The notes under the pieces: generated by a model | Databases searched by the model: none | Seen by the model: the letters and a program-made list of their open reading frames with translations, nothing else | Told to the model about the DNA's origin: nothing | Made by a program: the position numbers and the translations under genes | NCBI GenBank assembly: GCA_001603955.1 | Contig: LVAA01000062.1 | Location: 8-64,007, forward strand | DNA from: Syntrophobacterales bacterium Delta_02 | GTDB taxonomy: Bacteria; Desulfobacterota; Syntrophorhabdia; Syntrophorhabdales; Syntrophorhabdaceae | Length of the DNA: 64,000 nucleotides | Direction of reading: 5' to 3' | Part shown: positions 20,779 through 29,803 of the stretch, piece by piece | Numbering within the stretch: position 1 is the first letter of the stretch | How the letters are laid out: the number at the start of each line of letters is the position of its first letter

Positions 20779-22338
20779 CTAGAAGAACTTGTAGGAAACG
20801 GTCAGATACACCTGGTCCTTATGTGACAGCCTTTGCAGACTATGCCCCGTCGATTCTCCGTCGAAGATCACCATGCCCAGGCTGTATTTCCAGGACGTAT
20901 CCTTTTCCCAAGCGATCTGGGGCTTGTACATGGCACCCTTCATCGTCCAGTCCCGCATCCAGAAGAACGATGGCTGAAGCTTGTTATGGAAATAGCTCGT
21001 GCTTATAAAGAGGGTTGTCGTCCATGTGTTCTCCTTTACCGTATCGTTCCAGTCGGACAGGCCGTTGTACTGGTCCGGGTAACTCATTATCCTGCGGTTA
21101 TAGATCTGGGGAGAAATGCTGAAATACGTTGAGGGATTCAGCGGCTTGATCTTTATCTTCCAGTCCATGCCCACGGCTGCCCTCATCTCGTCATGGGTTT
21201 CGAACTCCTGGTTCGCATTCGTAAAGGTGTTATTGAAGGCATACAACGCCTCTGCGCGGAGTACCGGGGCGACGCCGCCCAGTGCGCTCGACGACAGCCA
21301 CGTCAGATCTTTTGAGAATGTGCCGCCCACGAAACGAAAGAGAGGGAAGTAGCTCTCCGTCGCCAGATGCATGATCTGTCGTCCGTCAAAATCCGATGTC
21401 TCGAACCGGACGGGACCCGTTACGCGTATAGCCGGGTCGTGGTCCCTGCCGTAGTAGCCGTTTAGGCTAACCCGTGCGTCAAGGACATTTCCTGACACCT
21501 TGAGCGCGTATGCATACCCCTGGGGATCGAAACTCTGCGGAGCACTGATGTCCTCGTCGAAAGACCCCATGTAAGCGTAATCAAAGGGATAGGCCCCTCC
21601 CAGGCTTATCGTCTTATAAGGTGCCCAGGTCCCGAAGTTTGTATTTCCCGGCCAGATCTGGTTGAACAGCTCCCTCGGGGAGTCGGCATTGGGGTTGAAC
21701 ACGAACTGAAAATTGAGATCCTGCAGCCAGTTCGTTTGAACCGCGGCCCGATATTCCGTTCTCAGGAGCCAGATGGGCATGATCGTGTTCTCGAACTGAA
21801 CGTCCGTCATGCCTCTGCGCATGTCAACAGGGTTGATCTGGTCCATCAGGCGGAAGCCGTCGGTCTGGCCCCAGGATACGATCTGCTTGCCTGCCCTGAT
21901 GTAGAAACCCTTGTTCTCCCAGGTAAGATGGAATTCGTTGATATAGTCCCTGGGCTCATCGAAAATGAACAGCCGGTCGCGGGCCTCGTTAAACTGTTTG
22001 TCACGCCATTCGCTCCTGCCACTATACATACCGTAGGCCCAATCCGCATTAAATTTGAGGCTCCCGAACAGGGACACGTTCGTCGTCGGCTGATACGTTG
22101 CCTCAAGCAGGGCCTGTGTCAGATAAGAGTTGAATCCCTTCTTATTATCGATCCAGTCACCGTCAACGGTGCCATAGCTCACGCTCTGGTTGATGTAGCC
22201 CTGAACGCTGAGCGGCCTTCCCCCAACCTGAAGCTCGTATCCTTGAGCCGGAAGCGAAAGGATACAGATTACGCCCGCGATAAGGGTGCCAAGACCAGCC
22301 TTGATAACAGACTTCGCCAGATTACTTCTCCATGTCAT
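20779..22338 (-). CDS. DUF1302-like outer membrane beta-barrel protein
   Basis: 519 aa. Signal peptide (GLGTLIAGVICILSLPAQG), aromatic-rich alternating beta pattern, C-terminal ...YLTVSYKFF typical of OM barrels. Confidence 0.6.
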   Translation of the reverse strand: MTWRSNLAKSVIKAGLGTLIAGVICILSLPAQGYELQVGGRPLSVQGYINQSVSYGTVDGDWIDNKKGFNSYLTQALLEATYQPTTNVSLFGSLKFNADWAYGMYSGRSEWRDKQFNEARDRLFIFDEPRDYINEFHLTWENKGFYIRAGKQIVSWGQTDGFRLMDQINPVDMRRGMTDVQFENTIMPIWLLRTEYRAAVQTNWLQDLNFQFVFNPNADSPRELFNQIWPGNTNFGTWAPYKTISLGGAYPFDYAYMGSFDEDISAPQSFDPQGYAYALKVSGNVLDARVSLNGYYGRDHDPAIRVTGPVRFETSDFDGRQIMHLATESYFPLFRFVGGTFSKDLTWLSSSALGGVAPVLRAEALYAFNNTFTNANQEFETHDEMRAAVGMDWKIKIKPLNPSTYFSISPQIYNRRIMSYPDQYNGLSDWNDTVKENTWTTTLFISTSYFHNKLQPSFFWMRDWTMKGAMYKPQIAWEKDTSWKYSLGMVIFDGESTGHSLQRLSHKDQVYLTVSYKFF

Positions 22339-22410
22339 TCCGTCCCCCTTTGATCCAGGTATTTTTTTACGTCGTCGTACAGATCGTCCCTTCCCGCACT
22401 TAAGCTGCTC

Positions 22411-24807
22411 CTATGATTCACCTCCTTCCGGCTGTGCGGCCTTGCCCTGCTTTCTGCTGATGAATTTGGGTTTTATGATCCATATGAGCAATGGATGCAG
22501 GGTCAGCGAAAGAAGCACGTTCACGCCCATGATAAGTGACAGGAAGAAACCAACCTCCGCCTGAAACTTCATGTCGGAGAAGAAGTACCAGGTCAGAATA
22601 GGCAGTATGATCGTGATTCCCGTATACACAATTGCCTTGCCGCAGGTACAGATGGACTGCACGATCGTTGCTTTCCAATCCCCTCTCATCAGATGGTACT
22701 CTTCCATGCAGCGGCTGTAGAGATAGATGGCGAAATCCACTCCCACGCCCGCGCCGATGGCAGCCACGGGAAGCGTGTTGATGGAAAGGCCGATGTTCTT
22801 CAGCGACATGTAGCTGAAAGACATGGCATTCGCCAGCATAAGCGGTATGGTCAACATGAGGCCGGCGACCACCGACCTGTAACAGCAGGCGCACAACAGG
22901 AAGATGCCGACATAGATGGCCAGGTCTATGTACAAATGCGTCCGCATCATCTCCTCGTTTACCCCGATCTCCATCCCGATCCTCCCTCCTGCGAGTTCGA
23001 AGTGCCCTTTCTCTGTCTTCATGGGATGGTCCTTGAAGTACGCGTAGGCCGTGTCCCGTATGCGCAGCAGGTTGTCCGAGGTATGGTCGGCAAAGAAGAG
23101 GGTCACCCGTGAGCGTTCCATTGGCGGGTCAAAATACCGGCGGAGCTGTGCCGTACCGGCGGTATTGGCCATGTAGCCGAGTAACCCTGACAACTGCTGT
23201 TCGTTCCACGGCAGCTTGTAGAATACCTGGTCCCCGTCGTGGAGGGTCAGGTTCACCATCTTCCCGAGATCGATGATGGAATTCGACGTCTTGTAGATAT
23301 CGGGCAATTTCTCCGCCATGTGGTAGGTGAACCCTTCAAAGGTCTGCATCACGGCGGGATCGTACACCGATTCCCTCTCACCTTCGTAGAACAACTCAAG
23401 GCTTTCCGATGATGCCTTGAAATCCTTGTTGATAACGGCCTGGTCCCGGTTGTACCGGTGGTCCTTGTAGAAAATGGGCGAACCGGGTACCGGGTCCCCT
23501 ATCTTCAGCTTGCCCATCTGCCAGACGCACCCGATGGTCAGCAGTACTATCGCCGCCCCCACCACGTACCGTCCTCGCGGAGAGATGGAGAAATCGGTAA
23601 TCTTCATCAGGATCTTCGCCTTCTTGTCCATCATGCACGTCTCTTTCTTCCACTGGGACGTGTCCACCTTAAGCGTGAAGAAGCTACACACCACGGGCAC
23701 CAGAAATCCCGTCATCAGAATGGTCGACATCCAGAAGGTCATGATGATGGCCAGGTGCTGCATCAGGACGATCTTGGCGATGAAGAGCACTGCAAACCCG
23801 GCGGCATCCCCGACGACCGCGGCGAAGTTGGGAATCCACATGGTGCGCATCGTCTCATAGCAAGCGCGAACCCGGTCACCACCGCTCGAATCCAGCTCCT
23901 CAAAATACCGACACGCGATCTGGTTGGAGTTCCCTATCATCCGAGCCCCCACCAGGAAGACAAGGACGTACAGGAGGGGGTTGAAGTTGATCCCCGTGAA
24001 CCCGATGAAGCCGAGTCCCCACACGGTAAGTATGACCGCGTTCACCACAGGGGAAAACATCCCCTGAAAGTTCTTGAAAATAAGAAAGAGCGCCAGAATA
24101 ATGGCCAGAATACTTATTCCGAAGACGAGGTACATGTGGGATTCACTGTTGTATATCCATCCCATGAGCACGGGGAATCCCACGATGTGGATGGACGTGT
24201 TCTCGTCTTCGTATTTCTTCTTGAGCGCCTGAAGTTTCTTGAACAGTTGCAGGTACGGTATATCATCCTGCATAACCGTGAGTATAGACGCGGATGTTCC
24301 GTCTTCGGATACAAGCGTTCCCGCGTACGCGTCGTTCGAGTAGATGTTCTTCTTGAGCCTGTCGATTTCCTCCTGCGTCTTTGGAACCTCAGGATACATG
24401 AGGGATGAAACCTCGATCTCTCCCTTCCCCCTGGTCTTCACGGTCTTCGTGGTCTGGCTCGCCAGGGAGGACGTGAGCAACCTGTAAACCTCATCCCACA
24501 GTTCAACCTCCTCCGTCATCTGCTTGATCTTCGTCAGGGTCTTTTCGTTGAAGATGTCCCCTTTATTGACCTTCACCGACATGACCACGCCCGACCCGCT
24601 GCCGCCGAACACCTTTGCGACCCTTTCGTTAAGCTTGAGGTAAGGATGGTCGTAAGGAAACATGTCTTTGACCACAACATCGGTCCGCATTCTGGTCGCA
24701 CCATAACCGGCGATCACGGTGACAACCAGGATGGCGATCAGGATCGCCAGCCTCTTCTGCACAACAAACCAACAGAACCTATCGAGTTTGCTTTTTATGG
24801 TTAACAT
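22411..24807 (-). CDS. RND-superfamily / MMPL-type exporter
   Basis: ORF 22411..24870. The likely start is at 24807 (MLTIKSKLDRF...). Two blocks of about 6 hydrophobic helices are separated by large soluble loops. Confidence 0.8.
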   Translation of the reverse strand: MLTIKSKLDRFCWFVVQKRLAILIAILVVTVIAGYGATRMRTDVVVKDMFPYDHPYLKLNERVAKVFGGSGSGVVMSVKVNKGDIFNEKTLTKIKQMTEEVELWDEVYRLLTSSLASQTTKTVKTRGKGEIEVSSLMYPEVPKTQEEIDRLKKNIYSNDAYAGTLVSEDGTSASILTVMQDDIPYLQLFKKLQALKKKYEDENTSIHIVGFPVLMGWIYNSESHMYLVFGISILAIILALFLIFKNFQGMFSPVVNAVILTVWGLGFIGFTGINFNPLLYVLVFLVGARMIGNSNQIACRYFEELDSSGGDRVRACYETMRTMWIPNFAAVVGDAAGFAVLFIAKIVLMQHLAIIMTFWMSTILMTGFLVPVVCSFFTLKVDTSQWKKETCMMDKKAKILMKITDFSISPRGRYVVGAAIVLLTIGCVWQMGKLKIGDPVPGSPIFYKDHRYNRDQAVINKDFKASSESLELFYEGERESVYDPAVMQTFEGFTYHMAEKLPDIYKTSNSIIDLGKMVNLTLHDGDQVFYKLPWNEQQLSGLLGYMANTAGTAQLRRYFDPPMERSRVTLFFADHTSDNLLRIRDTAYAYFKDHPMKTEKGHFELAGGRIGMEIGVNEEMMRTHLYIDLAIYVGIFLLCACCYRSVVAGLMLTIPLMLANAMSFSYMSLKNIGLSINTLPVAAIGAGVGVDFAIYLYSRCMEEYHLMRGDWKATIVQSICTCGKAIVYTGITIILPILTWYFFSDMKFQAEVGFFLSLIMGVNVLLSLTLHPLLIWIIKPKFISRKQGKAAQPEGGES

Positions 24808-24845
24808 CCTCCATGTCTCCTTCCACTCAAACCTGTTTGCCTGGC

Positions 24846-25946
24846 TCAGCGCACATCCACCTTGTGCCACGAAGTACCCGTCTCATTGCTGAAATAGATC
24901 CACCCACGCTTTCCCACGGCCGCAAAGCCTGCCTTTCCCCGCTGACACACGCCGCCTATGAATCCATACGTTACCGGAGGATCCACCTTGGCAGGCTCCA
25001 CGTTGCCGGGGTTATCCCTTCCCGACGCGAGAAGCCCCGTACCACCCATGATGATCCTTCCAGCATTGTGGGTCACGGCAAAGATGTGCGTTCGCGGTAA
25101 TGTAACGTTCATCTTGTTCCATGTCGCTCCCCCGTCCGTTGTCCTCCTGACGATGCTGTCTATCCCGACCGCCCATGCCGTGCGGGGATCTATCGCCGTG
25201 ATCTGAAAGAGGTAATCATCGGCCTCGATCTCACCTGTTGCATCGGAGATCACGTACCTCCCGGCCTGTTTTGTCCACGTAGCGCCACCGTTGGTTGTGT
25301 GAAAGATGTATCCGTATTCCCCGCAGGCCCACCCATTCATCTCATCGCAGAAGGAAACGCCCCTGAGAATGAAATCTGTATCCTTGAACTGAACGGCCCA
25401 TGTCTTGCCGCCGTCATCCGTGTGGATTATCGTTGTCTTTTCGCCCACGGCCCAACCTTTCAGTGGACTCAGGAACTGAACCCCCATGAGGAGAAGCGCG
25501 ACAGGGCTTTTCTGTTTCACCCACGTCTTCCCGCCATCGGATGTGTGAAGGATCGTGCCTCTGTCTCCCACGGCCCAACCGGTCTTTGCATCGACAAAAC
25601 TTATCGAGGTCAGGAGATCGATCGAGCCTGTGTTCTGTTTCGTCCACGTCTTCCCGCCATCGGATGTGTGCAGGATCGTACCCCACCGACCGCAGGCCCA
25701 TCCGTGGGTCTCGGATCCAAAACTTACCGAGAGCAGGTCGTGGGGATATCCCAGTCCTGAACCCGAAACCGCCGGGGCGCGCAGGAGAGCGAAGCAAAAG
25801 CACGACAGCACCAGGATCATAAACATCCTCGCGAGCAGTGACCTGGCAGCAGGAAACCGTCCTGATACCTTTCGGTGAGATCCAATGTTCTTCGGGTAAA
25901 ACTGCATTCTCCTCGTCTCCTTCATGTGCGGCAACCTCCCCTGCAC
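24846..25946 (-). CDS. BNR/Asp-box repeat beta-propeller protein (Ycf48-like)
   Basis: 366 aa. Signal peptide and repeated Asp-box motifs (TSDGGKTW twice, TDDGGKTW, TNGGATW, TDGGATW). Confidence 0.75.
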   Translation of the reverse strand: MQGRLPHMKETRRMQFYPKNIGSHRKVSGRFPAARSLLARMFMILVLSCFCFALLRAPAVSGSGLGYPHDLLSVSFGSETHGWACGRWGTILHTSDGGKTWTKQNTGSIDLLTSISFVDAKTGWAVGDRGTILHTSDGGKTWVKQKSPVALLLMGVQFLSPLKGWAVGEKTTIIHTDDGGKTWAVQFKDTDFILRGVSFCDEMNGWACGEYGYIFHTTNGGATWTKQAGRYVISDATGEIEADDYLFQITAIDPRTAWAVGIDSIVRRTTDGGATWNKMNVTLPRTHIFAVTHNAGRIIMGGTGLLASGRDNPGNVEPAKVDPPVTYGFIGGVCQRGKAGFAAVGKRGWIYFSNETGTSWHKVDVR

Positions 25947-26068
25947 GCTTCCGGCATGTAAAACCAGCGTTGATCAAGTTAGCTACCTAAGCTTCGGTAG
26001 GTGTCTTGTCGAAAAAAGATCGCACTCCGCTACCTGTACAATCCTTCCTTCGGCTGCACCGCGCATCA

Positions 26069-27487
26069 CTACTTTGCATATTTCTTCTCGAAAAGGTTCT
26101 TCTTCTTCAGGAACCGTTCCAGGCTGTTCGGAGCAACCCAGACAACCTCCGGCCTGATCTTGGTCTTGTTGTGCATGGCATCCTCGATCTCCTTCTTCAA
26201 TGCCCGGAGCTGCTCCTCTGTCGCGCCCGCCGCGTGTTCCACCTTCAGTTTCAGCGGTGGGACCACCCGTGGAGGTGGTTCGTCAAGGATGATACGGAAC
26301 TCGCCTGGGATTGCAGGAACAAAGGAATTGATGACCCCCTCGATCGCTGCCGGGTAGACCATTACACCCTTTACCTTGAGCATGTCGTCGTTCCGCCCCA
26401 CGATCTTGAAGCGGATACCCGTCTTCCCGCAGGGACACTGATCCGTATACACCTCGGTTATGTCATTCGGGCTTTGACGCAGGGCAGCCATCGCGATACC
26501 GCCATCGAGTTGTGTCTGCACCATCAGTCCTCTGGCCCCATTCTCCAGCGGGATGTGTTCGTGTGTCTCGGGGTCCACGAGTTCGAACATGACCAGATCC
26601 TCACCCGGGTAGTGAAGGCCCTGGTATTCAGGATAATCGCAGGAGCAACCGCCGAAGGCTACGTCGTACAGTCTCGCTCCGAAAGCCTCTTCGATCTTCC
26701 TGCGAACTTCCGGTATGCCCGCCCCTGCCTCACCGCCGCAGAGAAGGCTTTTTATCCCCAGGGCCCGTACGCTCTCTCCCGTCAGGCTCGGTGCTTTCTG
26801 GATTAGGTATTCCATGAGGGATGGGGTCCCAACAAGTGCCTTCGGCTTCAGCAGCCTGGCCCACTTTAAAATCGCCTCCGTCCCCGCCTCGGCCCCCACA
26901 GGAACGCAACACGCACCATAATCCGACACCGCCATGCACATGGATGCACCGCCCATGAACATACTCAAACCAAACCCATGAATCATCTTGTCTCCAGGGT
27001 AAACTTCCGCCCGCCAGAATTGCCTGCCCTCAAACTCCGCCCACACCGGCCGGTCCTCCGGAATAAAAGGATACGGTGAAGGCTCTCCCGTAGTCCCTGA
27101 CGTCGCAGCCAACAGCGACAGTCTATCCGCATCATCCCCCAAAAGTTCATGCAGGATACTGTTAAGGTCTCCCCCGCAACTCTCGGCCAGGGCCCGATAG
27201 TCCTCTTTCTTGTAGATGGGGATTCTCTTGTGGAAGTCATCCCATGTCCTGATGTCGTCCGGCTTCACTCCTGCCGCGTCAAGCCAGGACTTCCAAAAAG
27301 GGGTCCTGTTGTACAGATATTCTATCTTTCTCACAACCTTCGACCACTGGATCTCCCTCATCTCCGGTGTATTCTGCTTCATTTCCATTTCCATGTTCCA
27401 GTATGGTCTTCTCTCTCCTGCGCCCGACATCGTTTCCTCCTTCGCTGGCTGCGTTGAATATGAGTTCTCTCGTCCCCGCTTTTCCAT
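26069..27487 (-). CDS. Phenylacetate-CoA ligase / coenzyme F390 synthetase family adenylate-forming enzyme
   Basis: 472 aa. PaaK-type AMP motif (LLAATSGTTGEPSPYPF) and family-like C-terminal domain. The start could be a downstream Met. Confidence 0.8.
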   Translation of the reverse strand: MEKRGRENSYSTQPAKEETMSGAGERRPYWNMEMEMKQNTPEMREIQWSKVVRKIEYLYNRTPFWKSWLDAAGVKPDDIRTWDDFHKRIPIYKKEDYRALAESCGGDLNSILHELLGDDADRLSLLAATSGTTGEPSPYPFIPEDRPVWAEFEGRQFWRAEVYPGDKMIHGFGLSMFMGGASMCMAVSDYGACCVPVGAEAGTEAILKWARLLKPKALVGTPSLMEYLIQKAPSLTGESVRALGIKSLLCGGEAGAGIPEVRRKIEEAFGARLYDVAFGGCSCDYPEYQGLHYPGEDLVMFELVDPETHEHIPLENGARGLMVQTQLDGGIAMAALRQSPNDITEVYTDQCPCGKTGIRFKIVGRNDDMLKVKGVMVYPAAIEGVINSFVPAIPGEFRIILDEPPPRVVPPLKLKVEHAAGATEEQLRALKKEIEDAMHNKTKIRPEVVWVAPNSLERFLKKKNLFEKKYAK

Positions 27488-27615
27488 CCAAGGTCCCTGA
27501 ACGCCATCGAATTCACCCGGCCACCGAGTCAGCCTGCGTGCGGTGGACCATTTCCACTCTTTGCCTTACAGCTTCCGGCCTTGCCTGCAAAATCCGATGG
27601 CCCGTGCGACATCTG

Positions 27616-27633
27616 ATCTGCCCGCGGGCAGAT
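27616..27633. promoter_or_regulatory. Perfect 18-bp palindrome ATCTGCCCGCGGGCAGAT (candidate operator)
   Basis: Read directly at 27616-27633. Lies in the divergent spacer, about 130 bp upstream of the CoA-ligase ORF start. Confidence 0.3.
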
Positions 27634-27786
27634 TCATCACGTTCAACTGTTTCCCTTCACCTTACCTAGCGAGCCTTCGGTATGTTACTACCCGACAAAA
27701 TATCCTGTCAACTGAAAAATTAACCGAAGATTAATTTTTTTCTCCGTGGTATTTGGTCCGGCCAGAACCATCCGTATACGATACGC

Positions 27787-28530
27787 ATGGCAGACTTGCT
27801 TAGCGTATTACTCTGTTGCACTCTACACCCAGGTATTGTAGACTACGTACCACATATATCACAGCGATCCGGCACAACACAATCAGCGCGGACGAACTGT
27901 CACGCACATACAGGGAGCATGCAGACACTATCACGACAGGATTCCGCCGACCGCAGTCAGGTCTTTCGCATCGCAACAGGCAATTCGACAAAGGATTTAC
28001 GCCAGTTTATCGAGGCTGCCGGGGACATAAACAGGACCACTCAGGACGGCAACACCCTCCTGCACTGCGCCTGCTACAACCCGAATCCCGGCTCGGTCCG
28101 GTTTCTCCTGGAACAGGGCGCCGATGCAAATGCCCGGAACAGGTGGGGGGAAACGCCACTGCACGTCGCCTGCCGCCTGGGACACGACCGGGTTTCTTTC
28201 ATCCTTCTGAAGTATTCCGCGGATATCAATGCACGGGACGGCTCCGGCCGGACTCCTCTCAACTGGGCATGCAGGAACGGGTCTCTCGAAACGGTGACCC
28301 TCCTCCTGTCGAAGGGGGCGGACCCGCACATACCCGATGATCATGGCTCCACCGCGGTGGAGTATGCCGCCGTGCTCGGGGCAGACAAGACTCAAAGAGG
28401 ACAAATCGTGGGGGTCTTCTTCCAGTACGGTTTCGGCGTCAAGAGACTCCTGCCCGGACCCGAACCCTCCGGGCTGCCCGAAAGCAGACGCACCGCAACC
28501 ACGGACCGTACCGACTCGGCTTTAACCTGA
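27787..28530 (+). CDS. Ankyrin-repeat protein
   Basis: 247-aa ORF with 4-5 ANK repeats (GNTLLHCACYNPNPGSVRFLLEQGADANARNRWGETPLHVACRLGHDRVSFILLKYSADINARDGSGRTPLNWACRNGSLETVTLLLSKGADPH). An alternative start lies at 27919. Confidence 0.8.
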   Translation: MADLLSVLLCCTLHPGIVDYVPHISQRSGTTQSARTNCHAHTGSMQTLSRQDSADRSQVFRIATGNSTKDLRQFIEAAGDINRTTQDGNTLLHCACYNPNPGSVRFLLEQGADANARNRWGETPLHVACRLGHDRVSFILLKYSADINARDGSGRTPLNWACRNGSLETVTLLLSKGADPHIPDDHGSTAVEYAAVLGADKTQRGQIVGVFFQYGFGVKRLLPGPEPSGLPESRRTATTDRTDSALT

Positions 28531-28659
28531 AAGATCACGATCCTGAAAACACCTGTCTTTGGCTGGAAGATCCTGTCGCGCTACCCGGGCGCCAGGAGAC
28601 CGGAAGGGTTTCGTCCACCACACGCGTCTGATCTCGGGACTCAGGGCGTCGGACGGCCT

Positions 28660-28953
28660 TCAGTCCGTCGTCTCGGCTTGTTTCTTTCTTGCAGCCGCCT
28701 TTTTCGCCGGCTTCTTTGCCGCCATCGTCTCTATCTTCTCCGCCAGCCCGGTGAGCTGCCTTGAGAGACGGTCCGCCACGATCACCTGTACATCGCTGGC
28801 CACCATGGACTTGAGCGCTTCAAGCTTCCGGTTTGCTTCCTCAAGACGATCCTTTGAATCCTGGAGCGCCTTGTTCTTAACCGACAGCGCGATCTGTCCC
28901 GCCAGCGCCTCGATGCTCTCTCTCAGTTCGATGAACTCTGCAACGCTTGCCAT
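28660..28953 (-). CDS. Small coiled-coil protein with Lys/Ala-rich histone-H1-like tail
   Basis: 97 aa. SD GGAGAGGAAG upstream of the ATG. Heptad-like coiled coil, then AAKKPAKKAAARKKQAETTD. Confidence 0.55.
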   Translation of the reverse strand: MASVAEFIELRESIEALAGQIALSVKNKALQDSKDRLEEANRKLEALKSMVASDVQVIVADRLSRQLTGLAEKIETMAAKKPAKKAAARKKQAETTD

Positions 28954-29075
28954 TTCTGCTTCCTCTCCGTTGGTTCGCTGGTATGATGACTTGAATACAA
29001 GGGTGATGTTATTCCTTGTCGGCCGACCCCCGCGAACAGCTAATGAGCAAATAGGATCAGGTCGACCGTGAGTAT

Positions 29076-29083
29076 ATTATACA
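29076..29083 (-). promoter_or_regulatory. Extended -10 promoter element TGTATAAT (minus strand)
   Basis: The reverse complement of 29076-29083 reads TGTATAAT (TGnTATAAT). It lies about 120 nt upstream of the 28953 start codon. Confidence 0.35.
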
Positions 29084-29265
29084 ACTTTCCGGGTCACATG
29101 ACATCAACGATTTGAGAAATTCCCATGGGCGGGCATCGTCGTCGTTCGCACACTTCCCATGCCCCCGCGGACCACTCACTCCCCGTGACGCTTGAGCCAG
29201 CCCGGAACGAGCTTCCCCTCTTCGGCCCGTCGCGGCTGCGGGGAGGGGTCTCAAGGTCTCTCTCT

Positions 29266-29760
29266 TCACGCTGCCCCTCTTGCCAGCCGGTCGACATACT
29301 TCAACAATGTCGGAATCCGGGCGGTACCGTGCATCGACCGGATCCTTTCAGCAGCATCCACCGGGTCCATGCCGGCCGACGTAACATACAGGGGCCTCTT
29401 GCTCCTTCCCCGCAAGACCTCCACTCTCGTAGAGCCCCTGTACTCCGATTTCGCCACGCCGATCACGGGCACCTTCCCGCCAAGACTTTCAAAGAGATGC
29501 CGGCCGAGACCCGGTCGTCCGGCGAGCATCAAGTAACCGTCGACTATCATTTCCGCGGGAACCTCCTGGAACTCGTGGAGCAGCCTGAGAATGCAGGGCA
29601 GCTCACGCCTGTAGAACTGTCCGGGCACGTAGCGGAAGACCGCATCCACCGGCACGGTATACGTGAGACATGCCGTCGCGTCAGAATAGTGACGGAAGAG
29701 CACCGCCGCTGCCGATGCCTTCCCGTCCGGAAAGTAGTGGACGTCAAAAGCCGCTATCAT
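29266..29760 (-). CDS. Endonuclease V family protein (short form)
   Basis: 164 aa. Alignable by eye to Nfi: IAAFDVHY (catalytic Asp), YVPGQFYRRELP (PGxxxxRE), MIVDG, PVIGVAKS, PLYVTSAG...IPTLLKYVD. Confidence 0.7.
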   Translation of the reverse strand: MIAAFDVHYFPDGKASAAAVLFRHYSDATACLTYTVPVDAVFRYVPGQFYRRELPCILRLLHEFQEVPAEMIVDGYLMLAGRPGLGRHLFESLGGKVPVIGVAKSEYRGSTRVEVLRGRSKRPLYVTSAGMDPVDAAERIRSMHGTARIPTLLKYVDRLARGAA

Positions 29761-29803
29761 TGCCAGCCTTTCCCGTGCCCCCGATCATGATCCCGGCGGT
29801 TCT

